This document shows, one piece after another, positions 23,690 through 35,554 of a stretch of 64,000 nucleotides of DNA. The DNA is from Macrostomum lignano (Eukaryota). Below the pieces are notes generated by a model. That model was not told where the DNA came from, ran no database searches, and was given only the letters and a program-made list of their open reading frames with translations. Numbering within the stretch: position 1 is the stretch's first letter; every line of letters begins with the position of its first letter. The translations under genes and the position numbers were made by a program. Where the stretch lies: NCBI GenBank assembly GCA_002269645.1, contig NIVC01000939.1, positions 248,001 to 312,000 on the forward strand, read 5' to 3'.

Positions 23690-23950
23690 AAAATTATGAT
23701 TCTATGTTAATTTTGTATTCTAAGTACATTCCCTGTACCTAAAAATCATGAAAATGCATGGCACAGCTCGACTCTTGGCTTTATGAATCTATTTTATCAT
23801 CTCTGGTACACATGCTTTTACACAGCTGACAATGATAAAATGGATTCATAAAACAAATGAGCTGAGCCGTGGCATTTCAATGGTTTTTAGACACAGGACA
23901 GGTAAAATTAATTGTACGTAGGATAATAAAAAACAGAATCAACATTTTCC
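23690..23950. mobile_element. Degenerate foldback/MITE-like inverted repeat
   Basis: Arm 23732-23800 matches the reverse complement of 23832-23897, with weaker similarity extending outward. Confidence 0.6.
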
Positions 23951-26477
23951 CAGAATGTACATGCAGTTTCCCGTCCCGTCCCAATTGCTTTTGACTACCA
24001 GACTTTGACTTGCCAACCCTAATCCTATAGGCCCTAACTGTAACCCTAAACTAAACCCCAACCTAAATTCCAATGGAAAGGCTATGCCCCTTCCACGATC
24101 AGACTAAGCTGACGCCCTCTTTTCCGGCGACTGCTTTGAGTTCTGAAAATTCTGTAAATATTTTTAGACGCTTAAAAACTACGTCACACTATCCAACCTT
24201 CCTACTGTCAGTAGGAAATCTTGGCTATTAAACTGTCAGACAAAAATTATGTTCATAACTCTATTGACCAACACACGTGACACTGCAAAAGTGCAAAAAC
24301 ACTGGAGCCGCGGGGGTGTGCAGCTCCATACAATCGGCTCCCTGCAGACGTGCACTTTTGCGAGTTGCAATCTCGCGAGCTGCAGCCCCCCCCCAAAGAA
24401 AACTTGAAATTTCAACGGCCCCGCAATCGAAAAAATCGCACTTACAGTAATAAGGAGGGTATGGTTATGCACAAAACTTAGGCTATAAGGCTATAAGCTC
24501 ATTATAGCAAGGGGTGAAGCCAGGATGGGGCAAGGGTGGCAAGTGCCCCTCCCCGAAAAGACTGGCAACCTTTTTTTCACCCTTTTACTGCCGGCGCCCC
24601 TTGGTGCTGGTGCTCCTAGTGCTGGCGCCCCTGGTGCTGGAGCCCCTTACTATCGGCCCGAACTGGCGCCCCCTCCCAATAGAAAATTTTAGCAACGCCG
24701 CTGGCTCATAGGGCATGTATAATGTTTTTTGTAATATTTAGCATTTAAGCATCGTGGCTGCAAGTAAAAAAACGCTAGCCCTACTACTTATTTATGCAAT
24801 ATGTGCGGGGGCAGGCTGGCACTCCGGGCCAAGGCCGGCCTCAAGTTCACTCTCTGGGTCACATGCCTGCCCAGCTGTACACTGTGTGGGTGGCCTGGTA
24901 CGAGAGGCAGCTGTACACTCCGCCCCGCCTGTGCACGCGGTACAGTGAATCGCCTGCAGAAAGCTGGGGAAACAGAAATTTGTAGAGTGGAGACGAGACA
25001 GCAGTGAGCAGTCCCTGCGAGCACCGCGGGCGATAGACAGACAGGCCTTGCATAAACACTGAGCAGTCAGCAGACAGAATTTGCTTCTAAGAAATGTTTT
25101 ATCTTGGCAAACCCGATGGCAAGCCAATGTGTAGCCATATGTTAAATAAAGCAATGACTAATTGCATATGCATGTTGCATTTCCTTGCGAACAGCACAGA
25201 CTTGAGTCAGCGCACTGAGTTATCCTTCCTGCTGCAGCAAATGACACTCGTAGCATTATGCTTCTGCGACCCATTATTATTTCCCAGACTCCCAAGAATG
25301 TGAAGCAAACTTCTTTCTGCACGCAAGCTCTGCTAGATTGGTTGGATCGAGACGTTGCAAAAGTTACACAAGTCGAGATTTCCATGCGCCTGATGCGCCG
25401 CGTACAAAATGCTGGGTGGGGGGGACAGGGGGGCAGAACTGTGTTGTACTTTTAGTTTCAGCCCAAGAAAACAACTGTGAACCCAGGGAGGGGTATGAAT
25501 GAGGCCACAGGGTTTTATTCCAGCGGATAGCTTCCCGCTGTTTATAGCAAAACTGTTGGGTCGAGTGTGGGGTGGGGTAGGGCTGTTTACGCCAGTCCAG
25601 GGGCCGCCTGAGTCAGAGCCTGTACAGGGGACAGGGACGCTGCTGTTGCTAAAAATAGCGCAGCGAAAAACAAGCCTCCAAAGCCTTGGGTTAAAAGTAC
25701 AACCGAGCAATGTTTTGAGATGGAGAGGAAAAGTGAGCGTTGCAGTGTCTTTGCTGTGCCACAGGTGATGATTACTGATTACTTCATAATCATATTGAAG
25801 ATTACTCCGTAATCTTAGCCATCGATCAAGAGCTGCTTGGCGTATCTTCAGCAGCCCGATTAAGAATTAAAGATTTACTCATTGCCCTGGTCACGAGTTT
25901 CTGGCCGCTTCATTCAGTCTGCCCGACCCGCCTGCGCAAAGCGAACCAACGAAGATTGCAGATCAGATAAGAAGGCAATGGCATCGCATTTGTCATTTCG
26001 TGTACTTTTCAATGTGAGCTCGAGAATTCAACAGTTTAAGTTGCTTGTAACTGTCATTATCGAGCTGAGCTTCAGTAAAATACAAAATGCTCAGTAGTCA
26101 GTTCAAGTATATGGCAGCATGGCTTGCGACTGCAATAAAAAAACATGTTTTGATTTTGACCCTCGGCAGCGCAAGCGAGCCTCAACTTCTCAAGAACCTA
26201 AAAATATTTTTGCTGTTTATTATGCGACGATGCAGGGACGGGCTGGGTTACCATTCTCTCCTGTGAGTCACTGTGAGCTCTGCTGCTCACTCCGTTTTTA
26301 ATAATGTATTCACATTGTTTACAAACACCCAAGCCTGCTGCAGATACAGAGAGATGCATTAGTTGATTCCAGTAAGGTTTGTTTGTCTTCCATCCAGATT
26401 GCTTAGGCTGTATTCGAACTTAGATGGCTCACTGACCTCCAGATGACGGGGGGGGGGGCGGAAGCGTCAAACTAAAG

Positions 26478-27330
26478 AACAGGGGCAGGACTCAGGAGCC
26501 GCCTAAAGAACAGGGGCAGGACTCAGGAGCCGCCTGAAGAACAGGGGCAGGACTCAGGAGCCGCCTGAAGAACAGATGCAGGTCTCAGGAGCCGCCTGAA
26601 GAACAGATGCAGGTCTCAGGAGCCACCTGAAGAACAGATGCAGGTCTCAGGAGCCACCTGAAGAACAGGGACAGGACTCAGGAGCCGCCTGAAGAACAGG
26701 GGCAGGACTCAGGAGCCGCCTGAAGAACAGATGCAGGTCTCAGGAGCCGCCTGAAGAACAGATGCAGGTCTCAGGAGCCGCCTGAAGAACAGGGGCAGGA
26801 CTCAGGAGCCGCCTGAAGAACAGATGCGGGTCTCAGGAGCCACCTGAAGAACAGGGGCAGGACTCAGGAGCCGCCTGAAGAACAGGGGCAGGACTCAGGA
26901 GCCGCCTGAAGAACAGGGGCAGGACTCAGGAGCCGCCTGAAGAACAGGGGCAGGACTCAGGAGCCGCCTGAAGAACAGGGACAGGACTCAGGAGCCGCCT
27001 GAAGAACAGGGGCAGGACTCAGGAGTCGCCTGAAGAACAGGGGCAGGACTCAGGAGCCGCCTGAAGAACAGGGGCAGGACTCAGGAGCCGCCTGAAGAAC
27101 AGATGCAGGTCTCAGGAGCCGCCTGAAGAACAGGGGCAAGACTCAGGAGCCGCCTGAAGAACAGGGGCAGGACTCAGGAGCCGCCTGAAGAACAGGGGCA
27201 GGACTCAGGAGCCGCCTGAAGAACAGGGGCAAGACTCAGGAGCCGCCTGAAGAACAGATGCAGGTCTCAGGAGCCGCCTGAAGAACAGGGGCAGGACTCA
27301 GGAGCCGCCTGAAGAACAGGGGCAGGAGCA
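26478..27330. repeat. 31-bp minisatellite (GAAGAACAGGGGCAGGACTCAGGAGCCGCCT), ~27 copies, two interspersed variants
   Basis: Direct tandem units; the variant has CAGATGCAGGTCTC in place of CAGGGGCAGGACTC. Confidence 0.95.
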
Positions 27331-28977
27331 GAACAGGTTACCTTAAAGAACATGCAAGGGACAGCGGTGCCAGCCGCGAGCTAAAAATAACAGGGCCCAT
27401 CTAAAAAACGGGACAGTGGCCACCTGATGAACAGGGAGAGCATGGAAACAGGGGAAATCATAAAATTAAAACTAGTTACTATGCTTAAGCAGACTGAACT
27501 CCTCACCAAATGCTAGCTAGAACTCACTAAAAGCCCTTGAATGGCCAGATTTAACAGATCTGTATGACCCGAAGCCCCTATCAGGTCGCACCCTGATACG
27601 GACCGGCCGGGCTGTCAAAGCATGTTTGCTCGATACAGAATAAAAAAGTGTGACACCCAAACCGTGAGTGATAACAGGTGTTTATGCAAGACAGCTATTT
27701 ATAGCCGCAGCAGGTGGCAGGTGGATAAACAAAAGAAAGCAATGGAAAAACAAGCGGTTGAATTTAGAGCGCAAATGAAAAGCTGTGGCAGCCAGGGGGC
27801 CATTGCTTTGTTATTTATCTTGAATAGCCAAAGCAGTCTTCATAAATATCTAAATAGAAGTTGATAAATATTAATTGTTGTGCATTTGTGCAGAAATCTA
27901 CACGCCTCAAAAGCGTCGAAAAGAAACAAAATAGAGCAGAATTATCAACTAGAGTTAAACACGGGGTCAGACGGGGCCAGAATGTGGGGATTACAATGGA
28001 GCTGGATGAAATAAACACGGTGAGGTGACAGCAGGCGGCATGTCAGATTGGGCGCCCCCCTCCCGGTAATCACAAGCCAGCAGCAGTTTAACCAATCCAC
28101 CAGTTTGCCTTGGCAACGGGGGCAGTCAGTCCTGGATACGGGTGCAAATAGTCAGCTGAAAAAATCTAAGCAAAACAGAACTTCCCGATGAGGTCAGTGA
28201 GAACAATGACTTGCAGGCGAGTTTTACAGGTGAAATTGAAAAGACTTCATTAATTAGCAGTGAGCTGGTAACGAAATTTTTAAAACGCAACCGCCGCAAG
28301 ATAAACAAAAATGACGCCGCAGAGAAGCCGGTAAACAAAACAGCTTGGAAAGGGGCGGGACAATTGGTGAATGCCTATCTGCTTGCTCAATGCTAGCTCT
28401 CTAAGGCGCAACAGTGTGATCTCTCAAGTTCTCAAAGCAATTATCTTCTTGGAGTTGCAGAAATTTTGTTGTAAAGAAAAAACATCTACGACAATCACAT
28501 CTTCTAATAAACTTCCTCTACGGCCAAGCAATTGGGGAGCATCGAAAATAAAGTATGATTTCTGAGGAAAAAACTGGGGAAAGCGGCGACTCCGGGAGCT
28601 CTGTGGAAAACTCTGCAAAAGACAAAAAACACCAGGACTCAAAAATGGCCTATGCTTGATGACGCCAATGGCTCAATGATCAATAATGTACAGCGGAGAC
28701 GGCGGTATAGGAGGCTGGGGTAGCCGGAAAAATACAAATTTCGGAGCAGATGAAGAATGAAGACGAAGTTATTGTTTATAAAAAACAGGTGCAGGTTAAG
28801 GTGGCGGGTTGAAGGTCATGATGATTTTGGTTACTGCAGAGACGGGCCAGATGACACAAGCAGTACAGGGCTTCATAGTTGCAACAGCCCAACCTAACCT
28901 ACTAACGGACTAATCAAGTCAGGTCAGAACCGTAATAACTAAAAAATCCCACTCGACAACCACTGACCGAGCCGGCA

Positions 28978-31530
28978 TCACATCCAGCCATTGACTCCGC
29001 CGTCTGCGGGCAGCACGGGGTCCTCGCTATGGGACTTGGACTTGGGCAGCAGGTCCAGGCCGTCCAGGTCCAGGCCGAATAGGAACTGGCGCTGCTCGGA
29101 CTGCGGCTGCTGTTTCTGCTGCTGCTGCTGCCGGTGGTGCTGCGCCACCGAGTGCGCGTCCACTGAGTAGCGCCGGTCGGCCATCAGCTGCATCGGCGGC
29201 GGCGGCACCGAGGTTGGCGGAAGGCCGCCAAAGAGAACGCCGTCCCACACGGCTGGAGGCGGACCGCCCTCTTGCCAGAGCCGCTTCAACTCGGCCAGCG
29301 ACTGCGCATCGGCGGAGGCGGCAGCGGCGGCGCCTTCATCAGCGGTCTGTCGGGAGAGCGCGGCTGCTATGGTGACGCTGGCCGGCGCGGAGCCGCGGCG
29401 CTGCGTGTCCTCGGCCTGTCTGCGCGCATGGAACTCGTGAACCAGCCGAGCGGCCTCTGGCGACGGCTCCAACTCGGGGTCCAGCCACAGGCCCTGGCAG
29501 CGCAGGCTGACATACTCGCAGATGAGCTGCTTGGCGAAGCGAACCCGCTCTCTGGTGCCGCAGATTGTGAAATGCATCTGCGGCGACGGCAGGCCCGGGA
29601 TCGATTCCTGCTTGCGCGGCGTGGCGATGTGCGTGTCAGACAGCTGCTGCACCCAGCGGATGGTCTGGCCAGAGGCGCCAACGATTAGGCCGACCTTGTC
29701 CTGCTCCACATACAGCCGGTCCTCGGTGCGGTTGGGCTCGATGCGGCTCAGGCGCTCCTGCTGCACCTTGCTGAAGTGCTCGCTCATCTGCAGGATGATG
29801 CGCTTGGCCTGCAGTAGTGCGGGAGGGACACGTCGGAGTAGGTCAGCATGAAGGGTGGCAAAGCAACAGCTAATGGCTACTAAGCAATTCACTGCAACAT
29901 ACCTCGCCAAGTTTCTCAGGCATTCCAGTGATCTCAAACACTGGCAACTCGTCACGAGCTGGCGTCTTCACCCACACCTTGAGCTGCTCACGCAGGTGCC
30001 TGATTCTCTGGCCTAGAAGTGGAAAATAGAATAGGATAGGATGAAAATGTAATTGACGAATGTTACATATCAATTCTAATGATATAAAACATTTTATTTC
30101 TATAAACAAAGTAAAATGATCCATTGGAATTTAGATTTTTAAGTATGACTAAAGCTATCTTAGCAATAGACAGGGGTATAAGGAGGGGGGATAGGGGGAA
30201 TGTATCCTCCCTGAAGAGCCTGACCAAAACTTTTTTGCTGCCCTTTGTTGCTATACATGCTACCATGTGACTATGTCATAGCACTTTTACCTTGGTGTAC
30301 CCCCTCCTCATAGAAAATTCACCTTGGTGTATCCTCCCATAGGAAATTCTTGGCTATACTCCTAGCAATAGATTATTATTTATCTAGACAATGCAAGTAA
30401 ACAATAATTTAAGTAAAATTAGACACATTTGCTTTAAAACTTATCAAACAAAAAGGTAGCATCAATTTAAGTTCTTGCAAATTTTTTTGCAATATATAAA
30501 TGGTTTTAAATAAGATATATTGGCATCTGGAAGTCTACTTATTTTTAAATATTTAGTATAACATAATAAACTTTTCCTAGGCCTAGTTAAAAAATCTATT
30601 TAATTGTCTTTGTGAAACAGATATTTTAAATTTTATCAAATCAATATTTCTAATAATATAATATTGATTTGATTTAAATATGGCTAAATCACAAATTTGA
30701 ATATTTTGAAATTTAAATTTTATAATTAGATTATCAATATCATAGATAGACCCTTATACATTTTTATAAATTATAAGATCTATAAAATTTCAAAATAGAA
30801 AGTACTTACCATTCTTGCCAACAATCTCAGCAACATGATCTGATGAGGGCACTTGGATTCTTTCCGTCATAGTTAGTTTTGGTTCTTTATTCTCTCCAAT
30901 AGCAGAAGGGCTAATTGTAGCTGCCATTCTTTTTAAGAAATCTGATTGCCCTTCTTCATCTTGCAATCCAATTTTCATTTGCTCATCAAATCGTCTTGCT
31001 AGCTCAGACATGGCGCATTGGTCCTTACTCTGTTGAGTTGGCTGAACTTTCTGGTCTAGGATAGAAGCAGATTGAATATAGTCAGCATTTCTTCCAGTGG
31101 CAGAAAACGAGAGTTCATTATCTAAGCGATTAGACAACAGTGAACGCGGCTTCTGCTTTTGATCAAATGCTTCGCCAGTCTTGAAAGTGGGACTGCCATT
31201 AGGCAGCGAGCCCAATAACCACTGGCACTGATCTTTCCCAATGCCTGATCCATTGGTGTTGTAGCACGACTTGAGCTCAGAAATCAACGCAGCTTGATCG
31301 GATCCACTTCCACTATTTGAGCGACGTGAAACCGACAATACGGAAGTTAAAGCGTCAGAATTTGACTCCGTCTTGGGCAAATCTGTTGTTTGCAATGCAC
31401 TAAAAAAGTCGTCTGCCAACGAATATCTGCAATTCGACGACACAGGTGTGTTTGGTGAAAACGATGATAGACAACCATTGACAGAACCAGATGGGAACTT
31501 GAATGTGCTCTCAAGCACGGACTCAGACAT
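28978..31530 (-). CDS. MEX3: MEX-3 family RNA-binding protein (two KH domains, no RING), ~553 aa
   Basis: Exons 31530-30810 (phase 1), 30012-29903 (phase 0), 29808-28978. KH1 TERIQVPSSDHVAEIVGKNG|QRIRHLR...KTPARDELPVFEITG; AKRIILQMSEHF; KH2 VGLIVGASGQTIRWVQQLSDTHIATP. Confidence 0.92.
30171..30364. mobile_element. 194-bp hAT-type MITE in MEX3 intron 1
   Basis: 8-bp direct repeat GCAATAGA at 30163-30170 and 30365-30372. Termini are CAGGGGTATA and TATACTCCTA (8/10 inverted match). Confidence 0.75.
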
Positions 31531-32890
31531 AACTGTCAGTTGAAAGAAATGAAAAGCACTAGCATTAAAGGCAAAGCCTTTAAGATATGAATGACTTACG
31601 GAAACGCAAATCGCAAGACACGCATGTCTAGCGCGTGCAAAATGAATGCGTTATATTGAACAAAATATTCTTAGATAAACTGTTTTAACAAAATTTAAGT
31701 AAATTAGACTTTTTATAACGTAATAGCAAAAACCTTTTTCGCTCCAAAAAGCTTTTTAATTTTATCCTTACAATATTTTTATTTTCTTTTAAATAAATTA
31801 AACTATTCTCAGAACAAAATGAACTGAATATTTTGTTAGAAACAGTTCCTCACAGTTTCATAGAAACATAGAAACAGTTTCAGTTTCACCTACCTACGCC
31901 TTACCTAAACCTACTTTAGACTCGAGAACTACTCCAAGTTGTTCAATGTTATTCAATAAATGATGCAAATGTTTACGAGTAACATTCAAATCGCACTTTA
32001 CCTAACTTTACCTAAATCGCACTTCACTTTACCTAAAACCTAATTATAAGTTTTAGGTGATTTTATTTTGATATTTTTAAATGTGAGCTGAAATAAATAG
32101 GCTATGAATATAAATACTGATCTGTTATTTTAACCTTTGATTTAATTCACATTTTACCTGCCTTTTTAGTGCTATTGTGCACTAGTGCTTTAGCTATGCA
32201 TTTGTCAATGGCAGTGCCTATTCGTCTGGTATCAGATGAATAATGTAACTATTAGTATTATTCATATGGTACACCAGATAAAAAACAGTGAAGTTATTCG
32301 TCCGGCACAGTAAAGTATAATAAAAACTTGTTAAATTCAGGGAATACCCATAAAAGTAGTATATAGTTCACTTTTAGGCTAGAAGCAGAAAATATTTGTT
32401 ATGATTAGATAGCACTGTTTCTCATGCTATGTGGTATTAACCAGATAAATAGGGAAACATGGCTATTATCAAGTAACCAGACATATAACCATATTGCTTT
32501 TTGTCTGGTTATTGGACAAATAACAACTGCCTTAGATTTATTCTTCATTTAGAATTTTTGAGTTTGTTATTTTCAAGCTGCTATCTAAAGTGGCTATCTA
32601 ATTTGACTTTATTTTAATATCATAAATGAAACCATCCATATGCCTTTTTGAATAATCTCAGTAAAAAATATATTTTTATCTAATTTATAATTATAGTTTT
32701 ATAAATTTATAATATTAAAAGGATAAAGGCAAAATACCAATTTGTTATCTTATGCTACAGTGCATGCATTTTAAAACATAAGCAATGTTGTTTAACTATA
32801 TTTGTAACGAATTTATTATCAAATGAAAAATGCCTACATAGAAAAGTCAGTTATAGACTGTTGCTCAGAGTCATTTGTTGATTTTTTCAG

Positions 32891-34402
32891 GCTCAGCCTC
32901 AATTACTGATTCGCTGTGCTCTGCGTTTGGCTGCAGCAGCAGCTCCAGTTTCTCTTGCAATGTTGATGCACCAGAGTGCATTACCACGCATTGCCCCTGT
33001 TGCTATGGCAACCATGCACCGCCGCTTTGGCATCTCGGCCGCCCTGCTGAAGGCCAAGAAGAAGACCCAGCAACAGAAGCACGCAGCTTCTGCTCCCGCC
33101 GCTGCTGCCACCGAGATTGTCAGCAACCCGGAGCTGCTGGAGCGGCTGGAGCTGGACAAGCTGACGGCCAGAGGGCAGGCCGAGCTGGCCAGCTTCAAGG
33201 AGCTGCTGTTCCGCAACCTGCGGCTGCAGATCACCGCGGATGTCCTGCACGACATTGAGGTGGGTTGTTGAAATTTCGTTTCTTAAAAAATATTTTCAAG
33301 GCTGGCTTCGCGCGAAAAATATTGCATGGGAATATCCCTGTTCTTCACACAGCCTGAAGCTAATTTTGTCAGGAAATCAATCCCTGTTCTTCACACAGCC
33401 TGAAGCCAATTTTGTCAGGAAATCAATCCCTGTTCTTCACACAGCCTGAAGCCAATTTTGTCAGGAAATCAATCCCTGTTCTTCACACAGCCTGAGGCCA
33501 ATTTTGTCAGGAAATCAATCCCTGTTCTTCACACAGCCTGAGGCCAATTTTATCAAGAAATCAATCCCTGTTCTTCACACAGCCTGAAGCCAATTTTGTC
33601 AGGAAATCAATCCCTGTTCTTCACACAGCCTGAAGCCAAATTTGTCAGGAAATCAATCCCTGTTCTTCACACAGCCTAAAGCCAATTTTGTCAGGAAATT
33701 AGCTGCAATTTTAAATTTGAATTTGCGTCCCCGCACTGAACCCGCGCGAGTCCCCCCCCTGCTTCCTGTAAATAAACAGGATTTGAAAATGAAAACTGCG
33801 GCTCCAATATTCTAAAGCGTATTTTTGCATAAAGTCAGTCTTCAAAGATTTTTTAAGAAGCGAGAGTTCTTGTCACTATTCAATCCGTCTTGCTACATCT
33901 CCGATAGAGGCTGAGGCTGTTAATCCGCCAACCCGATCGCCCCTCCCAGGTGAGCACCGGCAGCGGCCGGGTGCCTCTCGGCAGTCTGGCTGACGTCTAT
34001 CAGAAGTCCTCGGATACATTAGTCCTTGACCTGACAGCCAACCGGTCCGCAGTGCCGGCCGTCAGACAGGCCCTGGCGTTGAAGGGCTTCAACGGCCGGG
34101 AGCAGGCGGCCGACGCCGACTGCCTGACTGTGAGCCTCCCGCGCGTCACTGGCGAGCACCGGCGCCGTCTGGCAGCCAACGGGCGCGAGCTGCTGCACCG
34201 CGCCAAGCTCGCCACTAAGCGGCTGCACGACAGCGCCACCAAGCGGCTGAAGGAGGCGGAACGGGCCGGGCACTACTCCAAAGATGACCTGCGCGCCTGC
34301 CAGCAGCTGCTGGTGGCTGAAATCAAGCGGGCCAACGCGCAGCTGGACTCCGCCTGGGCTGCCAAGGAGAAGGAGCTGCTGGGCACCGGCACCAGCGACT
34401 GA
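32891..34402 (+). CDS. MRRF: Mitochondrial ribosome recycling factor
   Basis: Exons 32891 (first ATG 32960)-33259 and 33950-34402, phase 0. Basic, non-acidic presequence; RRF motifs VPLGSLADVYQKSSDTLVLDL, SLPRVTGEHRRRL, YSKDDLRACQQLL. Confidence 0.85.
33335..33700. repeat. 46-bp minisatellite (~8 copies) in the MRRF intron
   Basis: AATCAATCCC at 33375, 33421, 33467 and onward. Confidence 0.95.
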
Positions 34403-34439
34403 AGTTAAATGCCTTGTGACCAGCTCGGCCCGTTCACTG

Positions 34440-34895
34440 CCTGCTTCCCGGCTGGTGGCTTCCCGGCTGCTGGCTTCCCGACTGGTGGCTTCCCGGCTGG
34501 TGGCTTCCCGGCTGGTGGCTTCCCGGCTGGTGGCTTCCCGGCTGGTGGCTTCCCGGCTGATGGTTTCCCGACTGGGTTTCTCTTCCCGAGTAGTACCTTC
34601 TTGACTGGTCTCTTCCCAATGACTGGTCTCTTCCCAATGACTGGTCTCTTCCCAATCACTGGTCTCTTCCCAATGACTGGTCTCTTCCCAATCACTGGTC
34701 TCTTCCCAATCACTGGTCTCTTCCCAATGACTGGTAGCTTCCCAATGACTGGTCTCTTCCCAATGACTGGTAGCTTCCCAATGACTGGTCTCTTCCCAAT
34801 CACTGGTCTCTTCCCAATCACTGGTCTCTTCCCAATCACTGGTCTCTTCCCAATCACTGGTCTCTTCCCAGTCACTGGTCTCTTCCCAATGACTG
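34440..34895. repeat. Compound minisatellite (15-bp CTTCCCGGCTGGTGG, then 18-bp CTTCCCAATGACTGGTCT) just 3' of the MRRF stop
   Basis: Two related arrays sharing a CTTCCC..CTGGT core. Confidence 0.93.
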
Positions 34896-35554
34896 GTCGC
34901 TTACCTATTGAGGAGCTCCGTATTTGCCTAGTTGCTTGTCAGTCAATTATGTGCTTAACAAAATTCTTGCATGTAGTTACGTGTCTATCTTATCTTTTTC
35001 ACTCATCTGCTTGTTACAGTAGAAATAAAAGAATAACTTTGCATAACCGCTCTGGAGGCTGTTAGTAGTATGCTTCTGTTCGCGGTGCATTTTTAGGACA
35101 AAATTCATTGCGAAATGCTTACTGTTAATAGCTGAGTCTCTTGAGTAAAAAATTAATCGTTAATTGATTGCGCCAAGGCTTCGAAAGAATTTTGTTTGAA
35201 TTTTAGCAAACTTTGCAGTTAGCAAAAATCAATCTGGAGATTTCACGGACAGCACATCGCTATTTATATTTGAACAGAGCGGAATAGGCGAAGTCTGGAA
35301 CAGAGCAAATGTGGGTACAGTAATGTGCAAAATGCATGAGCTCCTTTGCTTAGAGATGAGTAGATAACTAAACAGATTAAACATTCAACCGTGCGGGCAG
35401 TTACCTGTACTTCGAGTATAACAAATGATAAAATGGTTTAATTACATGCACAAAGCGCTTGGCCAAAAACTATTCCGGGAATCCGGGTCAGTTTCAATCA
35501 AACTCGAATTTCATGTCGCTGTTCTCGCTAAGCTCATTAGCTACTGACTGCATA

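Noticed and set aside
24020-24070. CCCTAA-like words suggesting an interstitial telomere (also 31890-32045)
   Set aside because: Only a few degenerate units, with no tandem TTAGGG array.
24510-24706. Second hAT-like MITE
   Set aside because: The termini are only loosely complementary and no exact 8-bp TSD was found.
26478-27330. CRISPR-like regular repeats (also the 30-46-bp arrays elsewhere)
   Set aside because: The units are contiguous with no unique spacers, there are no cas genes, and the context is eukaryotic.
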